Positions 15,212 through 23,638 of a stretch of DNA of 24,000 nt are shown one piece after another (the first letter of the stretch is position 1; each line of letters begins with the position of its first letter). The stretch is from positions 15,411-39,410 of the forward strand of contig CAYOJG010000010.1 in the NCBI GenBank assembly GCA_964404265.1. Reading direction: 5' to 3'. Both the position numbers and the translations under genes were made by a program. Under the pieces are notes generated by a model. That model saw only the letters and a list, made by a program, of their open reading frames with translations. It was not told the DNA's origin and ran no database searches. This stretch comes from an uncultured Desulfurococcaceae archaeon. Its GTDB lineage: Archaea; Thermoproteota; Thermoprotei_A; Sulfolobales; NBVN01.

Positions 15212-17792
15212 CCGTCTGAATCTTCTCCGGAATATAAGTATCCATCAGAAACCTTAACCCTTTGCTAGTCAAGGCCTCGATCTCCAGCTTAGACTTATAC
15301 TTCTTGAATATATCTAGCTCCACTAACCATCTCTTCGTCTTGAACCACGGGTAAGCCCTAAGCTCCTTAGCCCTCTTAAGGTCGCGGTCATTAGCCTTAA
15401 TGATGTAGTTCCTTCTCTCCGCCTCCGAGAGATACGGGTTCTTCTTAAGCTTCCTACTCCCGTAAATATCAGAAGGTAAAACACCAATCAGCCTAGCCGA
15501 CGGGGTAGCAAGCCTCTCGCTCTCATAAGAAAGCGTAATAGAACCAACCTTGAATACACTGAAGATATACCACCCGTAAGGGTCACTATTATGGTAAACT
15601 ATTCCGTAGCCGCCGATGAAGGAGTTCGTTTCTGGTACTGCGAAGTCATATACGTATCCTTCATAATCTTCTTCCTCAACAGAAATGACTCTCGCGAGTG
15701 TAGCGTCACCTCCCACTAGCGTCCCGTAGCTTGCTGGAAGCTGGAGGAGCTTCTGAGATGTTAGGAGAGCCAGTTTTGCTTTAGATATTGTTCTGTTCTT
15801 AGTGGAGTATGAGGTCGCTCTCTTATTCATTAGTTTGATTAGGTCCTTCCTTAGTCCTTGGCTTATAGGTAGACCATATGTGGGTTCACTGGCTGGGAAG
15901 ATTCCGGGCTCTCTTCCGCTGAAGTAACTATAGGTCTCTGGAGGAGTTCTTGACCTGCTCTTCCCTATCCTTATAACTATGTCGTCCCCGTTCCTCACTA
16001 CGGAGGGGTTAACTCCCAGCGACAGGAGAAGGAGGAAGACCTGTTTTGAAAGGACCTCACTCCTCGTTGAATAAACTATGTTTTCATATCTATCTATACT
16101 TCCATCACCGTCGAATAAACCCTTAAGATAAGCTGCGATCACACTTCTGCCTGAATTAATTATTATGGGTGGCACTCTCTTAGTTCTGGCCGTTCCTAGA
16201 AGCCCTATAGCCTTGAAAAGGAGGTATAGGATTCGGGACGCTATAATGACACTTACTCCTTTCTTCCCGTGTTTTATCACTGGCCTTACTCCGAACCTGC
16301 TCTCGATTATGTCGGCGATGCGGGAGGCCTTCTCTCCCTCCCTCGGGCCTAGGCTAAACCTCAGATATCTTCCTCTATACCCGTTGCCTTCAGCTGTGAA
16401 GAGCCCAAAGACCCATGCAATATCTTCATCTACTATTACTTTATTCATTACTTTCTTCTTTGAACGCGAGATTGATACGTAGTCTGCTTCTCTCAGGTAA
16501 TTATCTGCAGCATCTTCCAGCCTTACTTCCTTACCTGAAGCATCAATTACCTTAATGGTTCTACATAGGTGCTGGTTTCCTTCATAGTTGCAGATGTACT
16601 CCTTCAGTGTTTCAGAAACTCTTATTGTGGGGTATTCAATGCTGTTGCCTAAATCCAGCCTTTCAGAGACGAGTATGTAGTCTCCAGGCCTTATTCTGTG
16701 GGCAGGCTCAACAACTATTTTTCCGTTACGGAATACGAAGAGGGAATGTCCCTTAGTAACCCGTACAGGTCCTCTTCCTTTGAGCCTGATCTTCAGTAAT
16801 TTATCCTTGATATAATGGCGGTACATATACCCTATGGGGTCCCACCTAATTTTTCCAGTTACAGGGTCCCACGACATTGTCGCGAGGGGGGCGATCGCTC
16901 TTTCCTTCAATTGATTCTTCTTGAAATATTTGCCTACAATCTCCTCAACAGGTCCTATCATTACCTGATCTGTGGTAAGGTCCTTCACCACAACTACTTC
17001 GTCCGCAGGCACACTATCCGTAAGTATATATATGGGGAGGCCTAGTTCCTCGTTTAGTCTCCTGACGAATCTCCTGGTTGCCCTGTCGGGCTGGCCCGCG
17101 CTGGTTATTAGGAGGGCTTTATATTTTTTCCAGAATCCTGCTCTGTGCAGTTGCTGGAACACTGCATCCTTCTCTATTACTAGGACGAATTCTGCGTTAA
17201 CCTCCTTGAATTCTATGAAGTCGGGGGTTGGTTCGATGGAGTAGGCTCCGTGGCCCATCTTGCTTAGGTCGATTATGTCGTCGCCGGACCTTATCTTCAT
17301 TTCCCCGACTACCTTCCCTTTCTCTTTGCTCAGGATCAGCATCTGCTCCCTCAGCATGTCAATAAGTACCTCAACGTCCCTGATGACGGAGTCGGACTCC
17401 TTCTGCTCTTCCCACGTGTTCTCCTGCTTAACCCTTCCAGATATTGGGTCTCTGAACCTTATGGTGTGCTTACCTCTGTAGTAAAGATCTCTTATTGTTG
17501 GGTATTCATTGTTTGCTAATGCCTCGTAGATTATGCTCGCCATAAGGATAGTCTGCATGAATTTCTTTGACTCTCCCGCGTTAAGGAATGATCTCTTAAG
17601 GGTTGCCTTACCTATCCGCAATATCCCTTTCTCAGCGTCGAAAACTGTGTTCGCTAAAGTGCGCTTCCTTATAACTAGTTTAGGTGTTTTTCCTTCCAGA
17701 ATGTCTTTAGCCAGCTTCCTGAATGACCTCTTAAGCTTTTTGAGGGCTTCCTTCCTTGCTTTCAGATCAACTGAGGATATATAGTAAGCCAT
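15195..17792 (-). CDS. top6A: DNA topoisomerase VI subunit A (Spo11 homologue) interrupted by an in-frame intein
   Basis: N-extein carries the 5Y-CAP segment PTIRDLYYRGK and the Toprim glutamate VLVIEKDAVF. The Toprim motif ILTD | SDPYGWYIF is split by 476 aa. Exteins sum to about 389 aa, the normal Top6A size. The ATG at 17792 is preferred over the ORF-track TTG at 17810, which overlaps top6B. Confidence 0.93.
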   Translation of the reverse strand: MAYYISSVDLKARKEALKKLKRSFRKLAKDILEGKTPKLVIRKRTLANTVFDAEKGILRIGKATLKRSFLNAGESKKFMQTILMASIIYEALANNEYPTIRDLYYRGKHTIRFRDPISGRVKQENTWEEQKESDSVIRDVEVLIDMLREQMLILSKEKGKVVGEMKIRSGDDIIDLSKMGHGAYSIEPTPDFIEFKEVNAEFVLVIEKDAVFQQLHRAGFWKKYKALLITSAGQPDRATRRFVRRLNEELGLPIYILTDSVPADEVVVVKDLTTDQVMIGPVEEIVGKYFKKNQLKERAIAPLATMSWDPVTGKIRWDPIGYMYRHYIKDKLLKIRLKGRGPVRVTKGHSLFVFRNGKIVVEPAHRIRPGDYILVSERLDLGNSIEYPTIRVSETLKEYICNYEGNQHLCRTIKVIDASGKEVRLEDAADNYLREADYVSISRSKKKVMNKVIVDEDIAWVFGLFTAEGNGYRGRYLRFSLGPREGEKASRIADIIESRFGVRPVIKHGKKGVSVIIASRILYLLFKAIGLLGTARTKRVPPIIINSGRSVIAAYLKGLFDGDGSIDRYENIVYSTRSEVLSKQVFLLLLSLGVNPSVVRNGDDIVIRIGKSRSRTPPETYSYFSGREPGIFPASEPTYGLPISQGLRKDLIKLMNKRATSYSTKNRTISKAKLALLTSQKLLQLPASYGTLVGGDATLARVISVEEEDYEGYVYDFAVPETNSFIGGYGIVYHNSDPYGWYIFSVFKVGSITLSYESERLATPSARLIGVLPSDIYGSRKLKKNPYLSEAERRNYIIKANDRDLKRAKELRAYPWFKTKRWLVELDIFKKYKSKLEIEALTSKGLRFLMDTYIPEKIQTGDWIA
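15588..17015 (-). mobile_element. intein with LAGLIDADG homing-endonuclease domain inside top6A
   Basis: Begins with Ser (SVPADEVVVV, block A). Block B is VTKGH (TxxH). LAGLIDADG motifs are IAWVFGLFTAEGNG (16380-16421) and AAYLKGLFDGDGSI (16095-16136). Blocks F/G are VYDFAVPETNSFIGGYGIVYHN, followed by the +1 Ser of SDPYG. Length is 1428 nt (476 aa), in frame. Confidence 0.9.
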
Positions 17793-17802
17793 GAATCCAC
17801 AC

Positions 17803-19368
17803 CTACTCAATGCTTAGAACTATGTCCTCAAGCGAAGAAATCTTGAATGCTTTAAGCCTCATATTAAGCATCTTGAGAAGCTCCTTCTTAATCATGTCCT
17901 CATTAACATTACCAACAATCTTGGCCAACCCCCTAGAAACGTCCGGGATGTACTTAGCTATAGCTATTGCTTTCTCAACCTCTTCCCTCTCCCTCCTCTT
18001 CCTTGAGAGGTATCTCTTCAGCCTCCTCGCAACCTCCCTGACTGCTAGCTCGACCTCTTTCTCAACCTCGGGAACGTCGGCAACTGACTCCTTACCAACA
18101 CCCTTATACGGGATTTTAGTACTGCAGATATGGACGAGCACCACTAGCGGCGCCGGAAACACTACGCCATACCTTCCCCAGTCAATCCTGTCAACAACCT
18201 TCCTCGAGACGTCTGAGCCTTCATCGTAGAGAAGCGGGATCTTGTTAGCGTACCTGAAGAGAACGGGCTTGTCTGAGGGAGATATTTCCCCGCCGTAAGC
18301 AATTCCTGCCTCAACAATGAAGGCATGCCCTCCATGGACTGAAGGCTTCCTTGTGACGGCCTCGGTGAATTCAGGCTTAAGGATGGCTTTAAGCCCTGTC
18401 TTAATTATCTCTGCCCCGACGAAGGATAAGTGATCCCCTCTAGGGGGAAGTATTTTCTCCTCCTTAATCGCCTTAACAAGTTTCTCAATCTCGGCGGCAG
18501 TTATTTTAGAAGGGGGCTTCGTAGGTGATATACCTGCCCTAGCAAGGATTTTATCAGCCGTTACTGAGCCTACGTTCTGGAACTCGCTCATGAGGAATTT
18601 CTTAACGTTCTTTGCCTTAGTCACCGCAAGCATCATCTTAAGCATCTCTATGTCCACACCTTTAGGATGAGGCTTCACCTCCCTAGGAGGTATGGGGAGC
18701 CTGTTAGTGCTTCTCTCGAAATAAATCACTGTACCTTCAGGATTCTCGAAAACTATTTCCGCGTATGGAGCAATGATAGCAGTCCTTAAGAGGTAATCAT
18801 AAATCCTGCTCTTGGAACGTACCCAGTCACCCTCAAGATAAAGCTTAACTGAGGTCCCGTGCCACCCATCCCTCTTCTCGTATGACCCTACACGGAAGAT
18901 GGAGGGGGTGTTTGTCTTAACATCTATAGCGACCTGAAAGAAGTATATTTTCTTCCCCAGTATTGTTGAGGTAATGACCTCAACAGGTTTCCCGGTAGTC
19001 ATCTGTCCGTAGAGGACAGCCATCTTCGCGCCTAGGCCGAACATCCCTCTCGTCTGCCTCAGAACATACTTAGAGCTGTAGAGGAGCTGTCCGAAAGCTT
19101 TAGGAACATTTTTGGGGGGTATCCCTATGCCGTTATCCTCGACGCTAACGCTGAAGATCTTGCCTTCCTCATCCTCCTTCCTCATAATTATCTTGATTGT
19201 GGGTTTAATCATGTGGGAATCGGTAGCGTCTAGGGCGTTCTCAACAAGCTCCCTGACGGCCTGATATAGGGCCCTAACAGGGTTGCTGAAGCCTGCAAGC
19301 TCCCTGTTCCTGTAGAAAAACTCTGAGGGAGTAAGCGCCCTGAATCTTTCCGCTGTACTCTCAGTCAT
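17803..19368 (-). CDS. top6B: DNA topoisomerase VI subunit B (GHKL ATPase)
   Basis: Bergerat-fold motifs ELVENALDA (N box), DNGIGI (G1) and GMFGLGAKMA (G2). About 521 aa. Lies immediately upstream of top6A on the same strand. Confidence 0.93.
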   Translation of the reverse strand: MTESTAERFRALTPSEFFYRNRELAGFSNPVRALYQAVRELVENALDATDSHMIKPTIKIIMRKEDEEGKIFSVSVEDNGIGIPPKNVPKAFGQLLYSSKYVLRQTRGMFGLGAKMAVLYGQMTTGKPVEVITSTILGKKIYFFQVAIDVKTNTPSIFRVGSYEKRDGWHGTSVKLYLEGDWVRSKSRIYDYLLRTAIIAPYAEIVFENPEGTVIYFERSTNRLPIPPREVKPHPKGVDIEMLKMMLAVTKAKNVKKFLMSEFQNVGSVTADKILARAGISPTKPPSKITAAEIEKLVKAIKEEKILPPRGDHLSFVGAEIIKTGLKAILKPEFTEAVTRKPSVHGGHAFIVEAGIAYGGEISPSDKPVLFRYANKIPLLYDEGSDVSRKVVDRIDWGRYGVVFPAPLVVLVHICSTKIPYKGVGKESVADVPEVEKEVELAVREVARRLKRYLSRKRREREEVEKAIAIAKYIPDVSRGLAKIVGNVNEDMIKKELLKMLNMRLKAFKISSLEDIVLSIE

Positions 19369-19439
19369 CCATCCACCACCTAAGAACTAATGGGTAAGTA
19401 TCTTTTTAAGGGATATACAAAAACAGATAACTATATTGC

Positions 19440-20369
19440 TTATTCCGTGATCAGTCCCGCCGCAATGATGGGTAGCAGAACTGTCGCATCTCCGTAGACA
19501 GTGACGTGCTTGCCTTTAGGCTTCAGCTTCCCCCAGCTTATTGCTTCACGTGTCTTGGCCCCGCTCAGGCTACCGTCCCACTCAACTGCAGTCGTTATGT
19601 ATACAGAGTAGTCAAGCCCTTCCTTAAACTGGTTCCACCAGATCGTGTGGTGCTTACTTATACCTCCCCCAATAACTAGGGCAGCACTCACCTTCGACTG
19701 GAAGACCGCGTCGGAAAGCTCCTTCATGTCTCTGAAGATATCGACTGTCAGTCCTGTGAATTGTGAATGTATGAAGAGGTCTGTGCCGAACGCCCCGTCC
19801 ACGTATCCAGGGACATAGACCTTAACGCCCTTCCTGTAGGCAGCACCAAGTATCGAGTTAGGGTCCTCCTTAAGCATGGAACCCGCCAGCTCAAGCAGCT
19901 CCCTAACCCCCCAAACCTTCTTCTTGGCTGATGCTTCCTTAACAAGCCTCTGCACAAACCTCTCCACAGTAAGTCCGTAAGACTCGAACGGGATAAAGAT
20001 GTTTCCAAGCCTATGCATACCCTCCTCCTTAAGCTCTGCGTCGTCAGCCTCGAAGAAGCCTTTAAGGTACTTCCCTCCTGAAGCCCTAGCTATGTCGTGG
20101 TCCAGCGACCCGCACGTAGTTATCACGATGTCGAACAGTCCGGACTCGATAAGCTGGGCGAAAACACCTCTAAGACCTGTCGAGATGAGGTTCCCTGTGA
20201 ATGAGAGGAAGCGGAGGTCCGACACCTTCAGCCCTTCCTTAAGGATCTCCACGGCCCTCGCAACATCGGCTGCTGTGAACCCATGTATGTCTTCAAAGGC
20301 CTTAATCAGTTCGCTAACTGTCATGCTTCCCCTGACCCTTACGTCCCTCACTTCAGGAAGTTCCTTCAC
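19440..20369 (-). CDS. dys: deoxyhypusine synthase
   Basis: About 309 aa with GNLISTGLRG, TTCGSLDHD and IGGGISKHH segments typical of DHS. The GTGA start/stop overlaps hisS. Confidence 0.85.
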   Translation of the reverse strand: MKELPEVRDVRVRGSMTVSELIKAFEDIHGFTAADVARAVEILKEGLKVSDLRFLSFTGNLISTGLRGVFAQLIESGLFDIVITTCGSLDHDIARASGGKYLKGFFEADDAELKEEGMHRLGNIFIPFESYGLTVERFVQRLVKEASAKKKVWGVRELLELAGSMLKEDPNSILGAAYRKGVKVYVPGYVDGAFGTDLFIHSQFTGLTVDIFRDMKELSDAVFQSKVSAALVIGGGISKHHTIWWNQFKEGLDYSVYITTAVEWDGSLSGAKTREAISWGKLKPKGKHVTVYGDATVLLPIIAAGLITE

Positions 20370-21637
20370 GGCAACTCACCTACCTCAAGCCTCTCAATAT
20401 ACACTTTTCTCTGGGTTCTTGTGTGGAGATTCTTCAGGGTTACAGCACCCTCCTCAACCTCCTTACCCCCAACTATGGCAGCGTAGTCGTAGCCAGCCCT
20501 CGAGGCATAGCTGAGGAGGTCCCCAACCTTCTTCCCATATCTCGCGTCAGCGACTAGGCCGAGCTCTCTAAGCCTCCTAGCAACTCTGTCCACATAGGTG
20601 TAGTTATCTGTCAAAGCAGCTATTAGTACCCTTCTACGGGCATCGGGAAGCTTCCAGCCTGCCTTGCTTAAGGAAAGGCGGAGCCTGTCTATCCCGAGAG
20701 CGAAGCCTGTCGAAGGCGTTTCAGGTCCCCCGTAAAGGGAGATGAGGGTGTCATACCTCCCTCCCCCTGTTATGCTGAATGATAGGTGTGGTGTCAGAAC
20801 CTCAAATATGAATCCTGTGTAGTAAGCCAGCCCCCGAGCGAACCCTAAGTCCACGTAAGGCTCCTTAACCCCGGCCTTCAGGGAGACCTCCAGTATCGTG
20901 GAGAGCCTACCCAGCTCCTCACGAAGCTCGGGCTTCAGCCCTAACTCCTCACCGAATGAGGTAATCCTTTCAGGATCGTTAGTCACTAGCGTTGAAAGGG
21001 ATTCAATAATGGATGTGTCAGCCTTCTCGAACCTTGAAAGCTCCTTAAACGCCTCATCAACCATTTTCTTATCTAGGTAATGTATTATGAGGTCCTGCAG
21101 GTCCTCAGGAACGCCCCACTCACGGAAAAGCTCCCTGTAAATCCTCATTGAACTCATCTTCACCTTATACTCCTTAAGACCTACCGATGAGTAGTAATCC
21201 CTCAGAAGCAGGAGGAGTTCAATATCTGTGTGGGTTCCGGAATCCCCGATATACTCTATTCCTGCTTGGTAGAATTCGCGGAACCTTCCCTGCTGGGGCT
21301 CCTCATACCTGAATGCCTGCCCAATGTAGAAAAGCTTAATCGGTTTAGGCTGGGACATTAGTTTCCTCAAATAAATTCTCGCTACACTGGCCGTAAGTTC
21401 CGGCCGGAGGCAGACCTCCCTACCTGCCTTATCTCGGAACACATACATGCTTCTACTTATCTCCGGCCCTGACTTAACGGCGAAAAGCTGGAACAGCTCT
21501 ATCGTGGGCGTAATTACATATCTGTACCCGTAGGAGAGGGCTATGTCGGCAAACCTTTCCTGGAGCCAAAGCATCTCCTCCGACTCAGGGGGGAGGAGGT
21601 CACGCATACCTCTAACAGGCTCGGTTCTTATCTTCAT
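20366..21637 (-). CDS. hisS: histidine--tRNA ligase
   Basis: Class II aaRS HisRS signatures VRGMRDLLP, CLRPELTASVARIY, FRYEEPQQGRFREFYQ and GGGRYD. About 423 aa. Confidence 0.93.
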   Translation of the reverse strand: MKIRTEPVRGMRDLLPPESEEMLWLQERFADIALSYGYRYVITPTIELFQLFAVKSGPEISRSMYVFRDKAGREVCLRPELTASVARIYLRKLMSQPKPIKLFYIGQAFRYEEPQQGRFREFYQAGIEYIGDSGTHTDIELLLLLRDYYSSVGLKEYKVKMSSMRIYRELFREWGVPEDLQDLIIHYLDKKMVDEAFKELSRFEKADTSIIESLSTLVTNDPERITSFGEELGLKPELREELGRLSTILEVSLKAGVKEPYVDLGFARGLAYYTGFIFEVLTPHLSFSITGGGRYDTLISLYGGPETPSTGFALGIDRLRLSLSKAGWKLPDARRRVLIAALTDNYTYVDRVARRLRELGLVADARYGKKVGDLLSYASRAGYDYAAIVGGKEVEEGAVTLKNLHTRTQRKVYIERLEVGELP

Positions 21638-22158
21638 CTCCTGAACTCACCCACCAAATCATCTATTCTCATCTTCCTCATCGAGTAATAAGTCACATCA
21701 CCGTTAGCATCAACCAAAGCCATTAATGGGTCATATCCCTTCCTGACAGCATCCTCAGCCCACTCAACAACCTCACCTGCCCTCAGGGGAGAGTTCTCCT
21801 CAGCTACGAAAACCGCGACCTTTCTCCCACCTAGATCCATGACGAGTGTGTTGGGTGCGAAGCCAGCCCTAACCCTCCTGCCCCTCGACCTTAAGTCAAG
21901 CATTACGCTGAACTTAATCCAGTCATACCTCCCGCTGGAATACCTGCTGAAAAGCCCCTCCAGCGTTAATGCTTCACCGTCAGTATCGATCAGCTGAGCA
22001 GCCTCCGTATATATGAGGTAGGCCGCCTCAGACACGTCGAGGACTATTCCCTCCTTCCCAATACTTGGTGTGCCTAAACCCATCTTACGGAGAAGGCTGC
22101 TCTCACCGACCAGCAGCTTCCCCTCCCTAACCTCAACAATGCGTAAAACCTCAGACAT
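21634..22158 (-). CDS. endA: tRNA-splicing endonuclease family protein, probably the non-catalytic (structural) subunit
   Basis: 174 aa with the EndA-like fold pattern: LDVSEAAYL, SVMLDLRSRGRRVRAGF, and C-terminal LMALVDANGDVTYYSM. The positions that hold the catalytic Tyr and His in catalytic EndA (xFRVY...HSxYLV) read LVMD...RKVAVFV here. Confidence 0.65.
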   Translation of the reverse strand: MSEVLRIVEVREGKLLVGESSLLRKMGLGTPSIGKEGIVLDVSEAAYLIYTEAAQLIDTDGEALTLEGLFSRYSSGRYDWIKFSVMLDLRSRGRRVRAGFAPNTLVMDLGGRKVAVFVAEENSPLRAGEVVEWAEDAVRKGYDPLMALVDANGDVTYYSMRKMRIDDLVGEFRR

Positions 22159-22219
22159 GCGTCCGCCCTAACAACAAAATATTAGCATGCCCTAATCAAT
22201 GTTAAAGGAGGCTTAACAG

Positions 22220-23260
22220 ATGGAGGAGATTAGGCCTATTCAATGGCTCGACGGTAAGGTGAGGTGGTTAAACACACTGAAAATTCCGTGGGAGGAGGAG
22301 TACATCGAGACAGAAAGTTATGAAAGGCTTGCGAAAGCTATAGAGACCATGGAGATTAGGGGGGCTCCGGCAATAGGTGTCGCAGCTGCGCTTGGAGCGG
22401 CCCTCGCCGCATACCACGCGAAAACAGAAAGTATTGATGATTTAAGGAGCGAGCTGATGAACGCGATAAGCAGGCTGTCAAGGACACGGCCCACGGCAGT
22501 CAATCTCTTCTGGGCCCTTGAAAGAATGAGGAAAAAGGTTGAGGAAGAAGCGTCCTCCACAGATGAGTTAAGGAAGAGAATTATTGATGAGGCAGTCAAG
22601 ATACTGCAGGAAGACATAGCGATAAATAAGGCGATGGGTGAGGTCGGTAAGGCAGTGATAGAAGACGGAGACACCATACTAACACACTGCAACACAGGCG
22701 CATTAGCTACGGCAGGATGGGGCACAGCACTAGGCGTGATTAGGGCTGCATGGAGATCGGGCCTGAAAATAAAGGTTATAGCGACAGAGACGAGGCCGGT
22801 CCTTCAGGGAGCCCGCCTCACCATATGGGAGCTCGTGAAGGAAGGGATCCCGGCAACCCTAATAACGGACAACATGGTCGGCTACGTAATGAGTAAGGGA
22901 ATGGTGAACAAAGTTCTTGTAGGGGCTGACAGAATACTTCTAACAGGACATGTAATCAATAAGATAGGCACATACACAATCGCGGCACTAGCTAACAGAC
23001 ATAAAGTGCCCTTCTATGCAGTAGCACCAACATCAACAATAGACAGAGAAAAGAAACCTGAGGAAGTCGTAATTGAGGAGAGAAACCCTGATGAAGTCCG
23101 GAGGGTTCTGGGTAAAGTACTTATAACAGTTCCCGACATACCTGTACTAAACCCCGCATTCGACATGACGCCGCCAGAATTGGTCACAGGGATAATAACA
23201 GAGAAGGGGATAGCGAGGAAACCCTACGAAGAAACCCTGAGGAAAATATTGGAGAAATAG
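22220..23260 (+). CDS. mtnA: eIF-2B alpha/beta/delta family sugar-phosphate isomerase (methylthioribose-1-phosphate isomerase-like)
   Basis: The N-terminus IQWLDGKVRWLNTLKIPWEEEYIE follows the M1Pi pattern. Also MEIRGAPAIGVAAA, THCNTGALAT, VGADRI...NKIGTY and VPFYAVAPTSTID. AAAGGAGG lies upstream of the ATG. Confidence 0.85.
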   Translation: MEEIRPIQWLDGKVRWLNTLKIPWEEEYIETESYERLAKAIETMEIRGAPAIGVAAALGAALAAYHAKTESIDDLRSELMNAISRLSRTRPTAVNLFWALERMRKKVEEEASSTDELRKRIIDEAVKILQEDIAINKAMGEVGKAVIEDGDTILTHCNTGALATAGWGTALGVIRAAWRSGLKIKVIATETRPVLQGARLTIWELVKEGIPATLITDNMVGYVMSKGMVNKVLVGADRILLTGHVINKIGTYTIAALANRHKVPFYAVAPTSTIDREKKPEEVVIEERNPDEVRRVLGKVLITVPDIPVLNPAFDMTPPELVTGIITEKGIARKPYEETLRKILEK

Positions 23261-23307
23261 TGTTTTCTACCAGAAATACGGGCAGAATATCTACATTCTC
23301 CGAATAG

Positions 23308-23312
23308 TTTTT
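23308..23312 (+). terminator. T5 tract, candidate archaeal terminator for mtnA
   Basis: This is the first oligo-T run (TTTTT) after the stop codon, 48 nt downstream of it. Archaeal RNA polymerase terminates at oligo-T. Confidence 0.3.
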
Positions 23313-23620
23313 GATAAAGGTTTAGGTATTAAAAGTACAGTTGATAAAAGTCATTTGCACTCACAGATCAACATTTATTACAAGCCTATATCATTACTTG
23401 AGATCGTACTCAAGAATCCTAGCTATCTGCTTATGAAAATAAGTTTTGAGAAAACAAGCTACGAACCAATTCTATAAGTTAAGATATATCAGTAGGTCAG
23501 CACTTACTAGGGAGCCCATCCACGTGTAAAAACTTCCAGAAATGAAGGACAATCCATTTGGTTTGTGAGCTATCTAAAGACCATTTCAATCATTGCGTGA
23601 CATCAGCAATAGCTGGTAGG

Positions 23621-23638
23621 TTTTTGTTTTATTTTTTT
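23621..23638 (+). terminator. long oligo-T tract (TTTTTGTTTTATTTTTTT), candidate terminator of an unannotated plus-strand transcript
   Basis: This is the strongest T-tract in the window. It is on the wrong strand to terminate the minus-strand gene ending at 23707, and it lies 360 nt past mtnA. Confidence 0.3.

Noticed and set aside
17793-17810. TTG start extending top6A by six codons (MSRCGF) into the end of top6B
   Set aside because: An ATG follows at 17792 and begins MAYYISS, which gives the canonical 389-aa extein length. The TTG extension is probably an artefact of the longest-ORF rule, though it cannot be excluded.
17810-18229. 139-aa plus-strand ORF antisense to top6B
   Set aside because: Ser/Leu/Thr-rich shadow of the top6B frame. 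It has no independent evidence.
19999-20514. 171-aa plus-strand ORF spanning the dys/hisS junction on the opposite strand
   Set aside because: Ser/Pro-rich low-complexity sequence antisense to two strongly supported genes. There is no start context or motif.
22318-22725. 135-aa minus-strand ORF antisense to mtnA
   Set aside because: Ala/Ser-rich shadow ORF inside a confidently identified gene.
23262-23477. Stop-free reading frame running from the end of mtnA into the spacer (about 72 codons) as a possible gene or C-terminal extension
   Set aside because: It is in a different frame from mtnA. It has no ATG or GTG, and its only start is a TTG 40 codons from the end. Its AT-rich codon usage is unlike host genes. 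I kept it only as a detail within the spacer finding.
23560-23620. Second C/D-box-like sequence on the minus strand (CUGAUGU at 23600-23606, AUGAUUGA nearby)
   Set aside because: There is no CUGA D box at the required 12-nt spacing and no terminal stem. It fails the geometry that the 4700-4761 candidate satisfies.
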